A stretch of 64,000 nucleotides of DNA from contig NW_005201165.1 of assembly GCF_000372725.1 (NCBI RefSeq), forward strand, positions 250,853-314,852, given 5' to 3'. Below are positions 45,330 through 56,685 of the stretch, piece after piece (positions within the stretch are counted from its first letter, which is position 1; each line of letters starts with the position of its first letter). The notes under the pieces were generated by a model. That model did not search any database. It saw nothing but the letters and a program-made list of their open reading frames with translations, and had not been told where the DNA came from. Position numbers and translations under genes: made by a program. The DNA comes from Emiliania huxleyi CCMP1516. Its lineage: Eukaryota.

Positions 45330-48300
45330 TCAGATGGAGAGGGACTGCTCGTCCGCCTCCCACGTGACGATGAGCGAGATGGTTCCGCTCTCGGTCATGT
45401 CGAGGTCCACGTTCTCGTACGGGACGCGGTTGCGGGTGCGCAGCCCGTCTAGCTTGAAGGAGAGGTCGCCTGTGAGCAGTGCGGAGGGGCGTGAAGAGGG
45501 GCGCACGGCGGGGCAGGGGGCGCGGGCGGGGGGGGAGCGGTCGCCGAGCGAGTCGGACTTCTCGCCGCCGTACCCCTCCTTGAGCTCCTTCGTGTTTCGG
45601 TCGATCACCTTGAGCAGCATCAGGCAGTTGACAAAGTCGCCGAGCGTGCCCTTGGCGACGAAGCGGTCGTCGAACTGCGGGTTGCAGTTGCGCTTGAAGA
45701 CGGACGACTTCCACGTCTTCTGCCCCTTGATCTTGATCGCGACGTACGGGTCGGACAGGTTCGCCTTGTCCCGACCGACCAGGTTCTTGGCCTCCTTGAC
45801 GTGGACCGTCAGCGTGCCCTGCTGCTTGAGCCTCGCCTCCGGGTCCCGCGCGGGCGAGGCCGGCACCGACGGCACGCGCGCGGGCGCGGGCGCGGGCACC
45901 GGCGCGGGCACCGGCGCCGGCGCGGGCGCGGGGGTGTACTGCTGCGGCGGCGGCGCGGGCGGCGGCGGCGCGGGCGCGGCCGCAAACTGGCGCGTCGCGG
46001 CGGGCGTGCTCTGCGCGGGCGGCGGCGCCGGCGCGGGCGGCTGCTTGAGCTGCTCCGAGTAGGCCTTCGCCTTTTGCGCGCCCGCCTTGGCCATGTTGGC
46101 CATGCTCCCCATCGCGCCCGCGGTGCCCGCCTTGATCTGGTCCAGCCGGCTCGGCCCGGTCGTCTGGGGCGGCGCCGGCTCGTCGTCGTCCAGCTGCTGG
46201 AAGCGGAAGTCGCGCGTCTGCGGCTGCGACTTGCCGCCGCCGCCGCCGCCGAGCAGGCACGCGCCGAGCAGCAGCACGAGCAGCCCCGTGATGAGGCCGA
46301 AGACGATGGTCGTGAACTTGGTCGGGCGGCACTCGCCCGTGAATGTGAACTTTGTGTGCGAGTAGCGGTACGTGATCCCGTCGTTGGTCACGGTGAGCCA
46401 CATGATGCGCGAGAGCGAGGTGCCGTCGTCGGCGTACCGGATGGTCGGGATGGGGCAGCGGATCTTGTCGTACCGCACGAAGATGCCGGGCAGGAAGACC
46501 TGGTAGTCGTCGACGCCGCCCATGCCCGAGCCGCCGACGTGGTGGTAGACGCACGAGAGGTGCTCCGCGGGCACAAAGTTGAAGCCCTCGACCTCGACCG
46601 TCTCCTCGTTGGAGACCTCGGTCAGGTCGGACGTGCGCGTGTCCTCCACCTTCCGGCCGCCGCTGAAGCAGGCCCCCTCCGTCGGCGAGGCCGAGGAGAG
46701 GCCGGGCGGCAGGTAGGGCTGCCAGTACGTGAAGAGGTCCTCGGTGATCCACTCGGCCTCGGGCGGGACGAGCATGGTGGTGGGCGCAACCTGCACCGGC
46801 ACCGAGAGCGAGAGCACCTCGGCCGAGGGCAGGATGGACATGGCGAGCACGGTGCCCGACTCGACAAACGTGGCCTGGTCCTCCCCGAGCGAGCCCCACC
46901 GCACGTTGAGCCGCTCCGGGATGGGCGCGAAGTTGTAGCCGTTGATGGTCACCACCGTGCCGACGGCGTGGTGGCCGTACTTTGGCGCCATCGAGTACAC
47001 CTTTGGCGGCTCGCGCGGGTTGTAGTACGTGTACATGACCGGCTTGTGGTCGTACCAGTCCCTGCCCGAGCCGTACTCCTCGCCGTCGTTGGTCGCGTAC
47101 ACCTCGACCGTCGCTGGCTCGTGGTAGCGCGGGATCTCGACCTTGATGTGGTTGACGGTGACAAAGGTGGCGGGGCCGTAGTTGACCACCTGCGAGTCCT
47201 CCGCGCCGAAGCGCGTGCGCAGGTGCTCGGTCGGCGCAAAGTCGTCGCCGAACAGGTCGGTGATCTCGCCGCCGTCGACCGAGCCCCAGTGCTTTGAGAA
47301 GTTCTTGACGTGCGGGGGCCGCGTGTCGTCGTACATGGTGAAGGGCTTCGAGTTGGACCACGGGCCGTCCGGCATCAGCTCCGCCTTGACGTACGCCGTG
47401 TACGGGTCGTGCACGATGTCGGGCGAGAAGCAGCGCGCCTCCTTGGGCGAGATGAAGGTGGCCGGAGTCGGCTCGAGGTGGCCGAAGACGCAGCGGAAGT
47501 CGGGCGTCGGCGCGAAGTTGTCGCCGTACAGCGTCACCTCCACCGGCGTGTGCAGCGGCGCGTAGAGCGGGTCGAGCGACTTGAGCATCGGCGGCCTGTC
47601 CTTGTCGAAGCGGACGAAGGGGAGCGGCTCGGAGAACTGCTGGCCGCCGTCGATCGAGACGGAGACGTAGATCGCCTTCGCCTCGGAGCTGTCGGGCGCC
47701 GTGCACTTGACCTCGTCGCCCTTGACAAACGAGGCGGGCACCGGCGAGCCGCCGTCGAAGGAGCAGAGCAGCTTGTCGCCCATCGGCGCCATGTTGAGCC
47801 CAAACACGTGCAGCGGCTCGTCCGTCTCCGAGTGGAGCGGCAGCAGCCGCGGCGCCAGCTTCTGCAGCACCGGCGGCGAGTGCGGGTCGTAAAACTCGAC
47901 GTGCGCCGTGCAGCCGGCCGGCGCCGAGCCCGCGTGCACGACGCAGACCGACGCCCACGCCTCCTCGCCGTCCCACTCGGCCGGCGCGGGCGGCAGCATG
48001 CAGCGCACCTTCTCCATCGAGATGAACTCGGCGGGCACCTCGATCCCGTCCTCGCCGCCGACCCGGCAGAGCAGCTCGGCGCCGAGGGGCTGGATGCCCG
48101 CGCCGGAGACGACGACCGTCTGGCCGCCGTGCCGGTCGGCGTAGGGCGGCACCGCCGCCACCGTCGAGGGCAGCGACGTCGGGTCGTAGAAGGAGAAGAG
48201 CGTGTCCTCGTCCGACTCGGAGTTTGCGCCGTCGCGCGTCACGCGGACCGGCACCGAGCGCGCGGCGCCGCCGCTGTCGGGCGGGGTCTTGCAGAGGGCG

Positions 48301-51300
48301 AGCGTCGAGCGGACGATCGTGGCGGGCGTCGGCTCGCCGTCGTCGCCGAAGCGGCACATCGGCTCGCCGATGGGCGCGAAGCCGCTGCCGCGCACCTGCA
48401 CCAGCGCGCTGGCGGCCGTGCCGAAGGGGATGCCCTGCGGGAAGACGGACGTGACGGCCGGGTTGGTGTCCGGGTCCCAGAGCGTGAAGGGGAGCGGCAG
48501 CGAGCGGACGCCGTTCTTCGAGATGAGGTGGAAGTTGACGTCCGCCACCGACTTGTCCTCGACGCGCGGCGACTCGCACCGCACCTCGGTGTCGGAGATG
48601 AAGGTGGCGGCCGACATGGCGAGCGGCCAGCCGTTGGGCTTGGAGAGGAGGCAGAACTGCTGCGGGACCATCGCGAGCTCGCGGCGCGACAGCTGCCGGC
48701 CGGAGGACGGGTGGGCCTCGGCCGCGGGGACCAGCTCGTTGCCCTTGGAGTAGTCGACCGCGCCGTGCGCGTCGCGCCGCAGCAGCTTCTCGTACCGCGA
48801 CGTGTGCTCCTCGGCCGACATGTCGGCGTGCAGCACGGCGCCCCAGCCGCCCGACGGGTCGGCGTGCGGCGGCGTCATCTCGCGCGCGGGCGGGTCGGCA
48901 AAGGTGAGGCGCGAGGCGAGCTCGAGCAGCCGGCGGCCAAACAGCGGCTGCGTGTTTGAGCCGCGCACAAAGCCGCCGAGCGAGCCGGCGAGCACCTGGT
49001 GGCCGTGCTCCATGTGCTGCCGCGCGAGGTGGAGGGCCGAGTCGTCGACCTCCGGGTAGAAGTTGTCGCCGCGCACCGTGAGGAGCGCGCCGCCGTCGAA
49101 CATGTCGACGTTCGGCGTGACCGACTTGATCTCGGGCGGGAAGTCGGAGTCGATGAAGGTGTAGTTGACGTGCTCCGGCGTCGGCACCCAGCTCTGGCCG
49201 TGGTCGTACGAGTAGCCGAGCTCGACGTGGCCGAGGTGCTCCGTGTACGGCGTCGGGCAGAGCACCGCGTGCGAGTGGACGAAGGTCGCGTGCGTGAACG
49301 AGTGCAGCTTGCCGAAGCGGCACATGAGCACGCCCGCGTGGTGGATGCGGTCGTCGTCCTTGTACGCGTACGCCGGCGCGAAGTTGTGGCCGAACAGGCG
49401 CACGACGGAGGGCTCGTGCCGCTCGCCAAAGTGCGGCGCCGAGTCGTCGATGCCGGGCGGGTACGAGGGGTCGTAGAAGGAGAGGGTCAGGTGGCCGTCG
49501 CCGAGCGGGCCGGGCGCCGCCTTGAAGCCGCCCGCGTGCCCGTCGAGCTCGATCGAGAGGGAGAGGGTCTGCGGCTCCGTCGCGTGCGGCGCCTCGCACT
49601 GCACGTGCTCGGCGTCGATGGCGGTGGCGGCGGTCGGCTCCGGCACGTCGACGCCGAAGGAGCGGTCGTGCGGCGTGAAGGTGCAGCGGCCGGACTTGGC
49701 CTTCGAGTAGAGGTTGTACCCGCGGATGGTGAGCAGCTTGGCGGTGCCGATCTTGAGCGCGGTCGGGAAGACCGACTCGAGCAGCCCCGTCTTGGACGAG
49801 TTGAAGATGACGATGTGGCCCGGGTGCGGCACCTTCTTGATGCCGCTGTCGCCGAGCATCTCGTCGGCGTTGGGGTCCCACATCATCGACTGGCCCGACC
49901 AGCGCACGCCGTCGGTCGTCGTGTCGACGAGGTTGTGCTCCCACGCCAGCGGCGGCACCTCGCACTTGATCTGGTGGAACGAGTCGAAGTGCGCGTTGGC
50001 GCCCACCTCGCGCGCGGCGCCAAAGCCGCACGAGAGGTTGGCGGTGGGCGCAAAGTTCTGGCCGCGGATCTCGACGAGGTGCGGCGGCGGGTCGGCGAGG
50101 TCGATCTCGCGCGGCGAGACGGCGGTCACGATCGGCGGGTGCTGCGGCTCGTAGTACGTGAAGCGCGCCGACTCTAGCGAGAAGCTCTTGCCGCCGTCGA
50201 GCGAGACGCGGATCCCGATGTCGCCCGGAATGAGGTTCGAGGCGATGTGGCAGCCGAGCGCGGAGCCGTTGATGAAGGAGGCGTGCACCGACGCGACGAA
50301 GGTCTCGGTGCCCGTCTCGCCAAACTCGCACAGCAGCGTGTTGCCCACCGGCGCGAAGTTGGAGCCGCGCACGGTGACGTGGTGGCCGCCGTAGTCGTTC
50401 GAGGCGGGCGCAAAGTCGGGCGTCACGCTCCGCACGCGCGGCAGCTCGTCCGGGTTGTAGTAGGTGAGCCGGCCCGCCGTGGTCGAGAGGCGCGGCCCCT
50501 GGTCGCGGGTCTGCGCCTCCTCGAGCGTGCGCAGCGCCGCGCGGACCACGTCGGTGCCGCGGGGCACGTCGGCGTTCCACACCTGCACGCGCGCCGTGCC
50601 GCGCGCGTCGCCGGAGAAGGGCGACTCGCACTTGATCTTGTTGGCCGAGCGGAACTCGGCGACGGATGCGGCGGTGAAGCGCTCCTCCCCCTCGTCCTCG
50701 GGCTCGATTGTGAAGACGCAGACCGTGCTCAGGTGCGGCGCGAAGTTGTCGCCCCAGAGCGTGAGCATCTCGCCGCCGTGGAAGGTGGAGAGCGGAGGCA
50801 CGACCATCAGCACGCGCGGCGGCGAGTCGGTGTCGACGAGGTCGACGGGCACGGCGCCTAGGGGGTGTCCACGCGGTGCCGAAGGGAGGGTCCGGGAAGG
50901 GTTGGCGAGGGTGGCGCTATCTCTCGGCCACCTCTCGGCCACCTCTCGGCCACCTCTCGGCCACCTCTCGGCCACCTCTCGGCCACCTCTCGGCCATCTC
51001 TCGGCCACCTCTCGGCCACCTCTCGGCCTTCTCTCGGCCACCTCTCGGCCACCTCTCGGCCACCTCTCGGCCATCTCTCGGCCATCTCTCGGCTATCTCT
51101 CGCCCGGCGAGAGAGTGGCGCGGTCGAGCGTGAGCGAGAGGAGGGTGGCGCCGACCCGCGCGTTGAGCGGCGTCGGGCACGAGACCGCCGTCTCGTTGAG
51201 GAAGGTGGCGGCCGCGACGCCGTTCCGCTCAAACACGCAGGCGAGCCGGTGCGTCGGCGCGAGGTTTGTGCCGCGCACGACCACCTCGGTGCCTCCGTTG

Positions 51301-53272
51301 ATGGGCGCCCAGGTGGGGGAGACGCCGGTCACCTCGGGCGGCTTGGAGGCGTCGTACACGACGAGCTGCGGCGGCTTGTAGTTCGGGTGCATGCCCGGGT
51401 CGGGGCCGATGTGCACGCCGCCGTCCGTCGTCGCGCTCACCTCGATGGCGCCGAGCGGCAGCGTGTGCGGCGCGGCGCAGTGCACCTCGTGCGCCGAGAT
51501 GAAGGAGGCGGCGGTCGTCGTGTCGCCCGACGGGTCGCCGTAGATGCAGGCGAGGTCGTCGCCCGTCGGCGAGAAGCCCTGCCCCTCGAGCGAGAGCGCG
51601 GGCGGGTGCCCAAAGTCGCCCGCCGCCGGCGAGAGGGAGAGGGGGAGCGGCCGGCCGCCGAGGATGTAGTAGCCAAAGAGCACCTCGTTGGACTCCTCGT
51701 GCCAGGTGCCGTGCTGCTGCCCCATCGGGCCGACGGAGAGGGCGACGTCTCCGTGCCAGCCGTCCGAGTCGGTCTCGGTGTAGGAGGGGGTCGAGCACTT
51801 GACCAAGTGCGACGAGACGAAGGTGGCGGCCACCTCGCGGTGCCAGCGGTTGTCGTTGTGGAAGTGGCACGCGATGGGCACCTCCTCGCCGTCCTCGATA
51901 AAGGGGTGGAAGCCGACGCCGTGCACCTGGAGGGGGGGGGGGGAGGGGAGAGGAGGGGTGGGGGAGGGAGGAGGGCGGGAGGAGAGGAGGAGGGAAGGGG
52001 AGGAGAAGAGGCGGGAGGGACCCGACCCGGTGCGCACCTCGATCTCGGTGTGGCCGTCAGTGGGGCCGTGCGACGGGACGATGGCGGTGACGTTAGAGGG
52101 CAGGTGCGACTCGATCGTGAACTCGACCTCGCCCATCAGCGAGAAGAGGTCGCCGTCGAGCGAGAGCTGCAGCGGCACCTACAGGGCGGTGGCGGAGCGG
52201 CGGTGGCGGAGCGGCGGTGGGCGGCGGCAAGGCGGCGGCGGACGTGGCGGCGGCGGCGGCGGCATTGGCAGTTGCCGCGGCGATGACGACACTGGTCGTG
52301 CGCGGGCGGGAACGAAAAGAGGGCGGCGGAGGCGAGGGAAGGAGGCGAGGGGCGGAGGCGAGGGGAGGAGGCGAGGGGCGGTGGCGAGGGGAGGTGGCGA
52401 GGGGAGGTGGCGAGGGGAGGAGGCGAGGGGAGGGGGTACGGAGGAGGGGCTGGCGGTACCGTGCGCGAGAGGTCATCGGTGTCGTCGGCGGCACTGCGGC
52501 GGCGGGACGGGCGGGTGAGGGACGGCACCGCAGGCGCGGAGCGGGCAGTGGGCGCGGCGACGGGGGAGGGAGCAGCGGTGGCGTTGGTTGCGGTGGGCTC
52601 GGCGGCGGCGGCGGCGGCGGCAGTGATGGTGGGGGGGGCGAGGGTGAACGATCGAGGCCAGAGACGGGGGCGAACACGGTCGGGGAAGGGCAGCGGCGGA
52701 GAGCGTGGCGGTGTGGCATTTCGGGCGGCGACGGCGGCGGCGGGGACGTCTGGGGGAGGGGCTCACAGCGGCGACAGGCAAAGCATCTCCTCGTGCGACA
52801 CAAAGCTGGCGTTGGTGAGGCCCTCGCCGCGGAAGCGGCACTTCATCTCGCCGGGCGCGACGGGCGCGAAATTGGATCCGCGGATCCGCACCTCCGTCGG
52901 CTTGCCCGCATGCGCCGCGCGCGGCGTCACCGAGGACAGCCGCGGCAGCGACACCGAGTCGTAGTACGCCAGCATCAGCTCGCTGCCCAAGGGGCGGTTC
53001 ATCGCGGTGACGCTCACGCCGACGCTGCCGGGGCGGCCGTCCGGCGCCGGCGGCGCCATGCAGCTCACGGACGAGCGGTCCGGATGCAGCACTGCAGGCA
53101 CAGCGTGTCCAGAGAACCGGCAACGCAGCTCACTCGCCGCGTCCTCAGACACGTTCAGAGCGAGGTGCACGCGAATGAGGCTGCCGCCGTTGATGTCGGC
53201 ATAGCCCGGCTCGAGGCTCTGGCCCGCCGCCGAATAGATCGCGGCGGCGGCCAGCGCGGCGACGAGACGCAT
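45330..53272 (-). CDS. Large type-I membrane protein: signal peptide, ~17 IPT/TIG repeats, TM, Pro-rich linker, C-terminal C2 domain (~2,300 aa)
   Basis: MRLVAALAAAAIYSAAG, repeated 'V..V.P..G...GG..V.V.GxNFAP...C.F.....A.F.S...V.C..P' units, TM IVFGLITGLLVLLLGACLLG, and C2 GTLTVHVKEAKNLVGRDKANLSDPYVAI...NPQFDDRF. Includes a 34-nt micro-exon at 52460-52493. Confidence 0.85.
50920..51095. repeat. Intronic 11-bp minisatellite (CTCTCGGCCAC)n
   Basis: About 15 copies inside an intron of the IPT/TIG gene. Confidence 0.85.
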
Positions 53273-53575
53273 CGAGCCAGGCGAAACAAGGTGCCCGTTC
53301 GCTCTCCTCCGCGAGGTTGAGGGAGAAACCCCTGCGCCCCTCCCCCCACGAGGACCTCTGTGCTTATACCTTATGTCTTTCTTTCTTGGCACTATATGGC
53401 GGCGAATCTCACCTGTGCCGCGCATTCTTGCCGCGCCGACCTTCCTCGCGCAGACGAGATCCTCGCGCATGCGTTCGATCGCCGAGCGACATGCTGCCTG
53501 CTGCTTGGTCGCTGCTGCTGCTGCTGCTGCCGCCGCTCTGAAAAATCTCTCTTTCTGCTGCTGCTGCTGCTTGCT

Positions 53576-53581
53576 GAGAGA

Positions 53582-53652
<71 letters not shown>
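53576..53652. repeat. (GA)n microsatellite
   Basis: Direct inspection. Confidence 0.95.
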
Positions 53653-53655
<3 letters not shown>

Positions 53656-54343
53656 CCCAACGCGGCCAAAGAACCCACCTCGAGAGAGAACAGACAGACC
53701 ACGACTCTCTCTGATGCTGTTTGTCATCATCTGTCATCTTCCCAGGACTTCACCTCTCTAATAAAATTAACTAAACAGGGATCAGGGTGAGCGAGGTGCG
53801 CGTGCGTGCCCTTCGCAGAACCGAGAAAAGAATCCCATGTACGCACGGCCTCTCTCTAGATCTATCGCTCAATCAAGGTTTAAGCAATGGCGTGTGTGTG
53901 AGCTCTCTCTGTCTAAATAAATAAAGACAAGCAAGTAACGAACCTCGAACGCGCATAAGAGAGAGAAAATATCTCACATGACAGATGACAACACCCCTGA
54001 TGGGTCTCTCTCGAGAATGCTGTTGGTCTAGACACAAGAGAAGAGAGATGAGAGAGAACAAAGAGAGAGAGACGAACTACATCAGAATTGATTGAATGGA
54101 TGGAAAAGCGGGCGAAGCGGGCATTGGCGCGGGCTCATCATTTCCCTGTCGCCGCCCTCGAAGCGCCCGCCACAGCGCCGATAAAGGAGGGCAAATCGTG
54201 CCATATCCGCCGACATTCGAAAACTGAACGTCCTCGTGTCACCAAATCACGGCGTGCGTCCTCGATTTTGCATCGGCGTGCTATAGCGCGTGTTTTGCGC
54301 GTCTGGGAGGCAGACGCGCAAGTGCAGAAGCACGCCGATTGAT

Positions 54344-55446
54344 ATGTGGCCCAACTGCCACGCGAATACGAGGCGGACGATGTCGGCGCTGTCACTCGTG
54401 CACGCCTTCCACTGCACACGCGACGTCTGCCCCGACTCGGCCTGCGCAGAGGCCAAGCAGATGCTCCGCTTTGTCGAGGCCCATGTCGCTGACTGCCATT
54501 TGCGGACGCGGGAACGCGATGCCCCGGATGGAGTCCCGGTGCGGGCAACTTGAGAGAGCCACCCCAGACCGTGCTCCCCTGCGTATCTCCGCTCGGCACA
54601 CTCTGCTCCGCCCGATCGCCGTTTGCTTTCCCCGGAAATTCCTCCGCTCCCCGAGCACGCCGGCCCGTGGCACATCCACTGACATATCCGACAAATCGCA
54701 GGCGGAGTGCAAGACGTGCCGGCTATGGGCTGCACTGCACCGCACTCGTCTCGTCTCGGCGACGCGAACCACCGCTGGCTCGGAGATGTGCGCTGAGGCA
54801 AAGCCAGAGGTGCACCCAAGGCCTACCCCGAGGGTTCCACCCGTCCCAACGCCATGGCTCATCCGACCGGATCGCGTCGCATCGCTGCAGGCGGGCACGC
54901 CAGAGCACAGCGTCGTGGGGCTGCAGCACCGGGCCGGGCGGTCCGCGTCCCACCGTGCCAGCCTCGCCATGCCGATGAAGTCGCGGCTGTTGCAACTCGG
55001 ACCGCAGCAGGCAGCCTGTCCCTCATGATAGACCAGCGGGGGGGGGGAGGGGGGGGGGGAGTTGGTACGATGGTGACAGCACCGCCTCGCCTCTGCAGAT
55101 GAGGCGTTTGCTGCACCGGCACGTCGCGAGCTGCAAGCACGACAATTGCGCCACCTGCCAGAAGCTGCGCCGGCTCGGCCGCATCGGTCTGCTCCGCTCC
55201 CTGTCGACCCTCCCCGCGCTCCCACCCGCGAGGGCCGACTTTGCGCCGCCGCCCGCGCCATGCCCAAACGAGTCGTGCGCCATCTGTTTCGAGCAGCTCG
55301 GCGAGCAGGGGCCGCACTGGACGTGCTCAGTGTGCAACCACGCGCTACACTCGGACTGCTGGTCGCGTTGGGCGATTCAGACGCCCACCGCCACCGCCAC
55401 ATGCCCGCTCTGTCGCTCCGCTGCCTCCTTCCGTCGCTACGACTGA
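54344..55446 (+). CDS. Putative TAZ-type zinc finger + RING finger protein (possible E3 ligase), multi-exon
   Basis: LVHAFHCTRDVCPDSACAEAKQML..VEAHVADC...CKTC and LLHRHVASCKHDNCATC are TAZ-like. CAICFEQL...CSVCNHALHSDCWSRW...CPLCR is a RING. Middle exons are unresolved. Confidence 0.6.
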
Positions 55447-55915
55447 GAGCTCTGCTCGACGGTGCTGCGCCTTGTGGCGCATCGGCTCGCATTGGGACCA
55501 TTGTGAGACGCCCACCTCGCACGCTGACACGCAGCCCCGGGTCGCCTTTCATACCTGGCGGGCGGCCTGCGCTGCCGCTAGGAGGCCTGCGCTGGGCTTG
55601 CCCGACGCAATGGGCTTGCCCGACCACGCCGTCAACTCTACTTTCGCGTTCTCGCCACTACGCTCTGACTGATACCACACACCATCCGCGGTTCGGTGCA
55701 GTGCCAACAGATTGGACGAACACTCTGATGTCTTGAGTCTTCTCGGTCACTTGGTCGGGACGGGTGTGGCGTGTGGCGGGGTGTGGGTGGCGGGGTGACC
55801 TCCGGACCTGTCAGTGACATTTCACGCTTTGCCTCACACCTTCGTACTTGGTACTTCGAGATTTGCATACCCATGTTCGTTGGGCACATAGAGACAGCCG
55901 TGGCTAGCCCGTGTG

Positions 55916-56284
55916 TAGGGTTGCCTAACGTTAATTTGGGGCCTAACAGTTGCGCTATTGTTGGCTGAAATCCTCAACGTTGTTCAAGTGTTCTCCCCAG
56001 CCCAAGCTGTTACTGTTTGTTACTGTTGTTACTGTTGTTCAGCGGCCAGCAAGCAGAAAATGGCAAAAAACCCGGGTAAAACCCGAAAATACCTGGGATT
56101 TTCCGGGTATTTCGGGTATTACCCGCACTGGACACTAGAGATCGTCGTGGGTCACTGCCAGGCCTTCCTTATTGTTGTTCAGCCGGCCTAACGTTAGCTA
56201 CTGTTGTTGGGGGGCCCCACTGTTGTTCTGTTGTTACTGTTAACACTAGCAACACTGTTCAGCTCTTAACGTTAGGCAACCCTA
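55916..56284. mobile_element. hAT-type MITE (369 bp)
   Basis: Perfect 19-bp TIR TAGGGTTGCCTAACGTTAA / TTAACGTTAGGCAACCCTA and perfect 8-bp TSD CCCGTGTG (55908-55915, 56285-56292). Confidence 0.92.
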
Positions 56285-56685
56285 CCCGTGTGGTAGGTGA
56301 CCAGTATACCAGTGATATATACAAACTTTCAACACAACACCTGCGCACTTTCAACACAACACCCCTGCGCTGCCGGCGGCGGCACGCGCGGCTGCGCAGA
56401 CGATCTGACCCTCTCTTTCGACACAGAGAGCAGCACAGAGGCGGCTCTTCGTTACATGATGAATACATGTGTATATAGCCAAATACGCGCCAAGCCCAGA
56501 GAGCGCGGGGCCGCACGAGAGCTGTTCGTAGTTTCGAAGCGTGCACAGGGAGCCAGAGGGGTCGAGCACGCTACTGGCGCGGCGTGCGGGGGCGAGCGGG
56601 CGCGGCGGGGGGACAGCGGACACAGCACAAGGGGGTCGTGGCTCCTTTAGGGAGGCTCAGGGCCGCCGCGAGCACACTGCCGACC

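Noticed and set aside
45166..50631. 1821-aa Arg/Ala-rich ORF and many similar long overlapping ORFs (e.g. 18177-20831, 7930-9603, 35834-37474)
   Set aside because: Shadow frames of real genes caused by very high GC3 and few stop codons; low-complexity R/A/P/G composition with no motifs.
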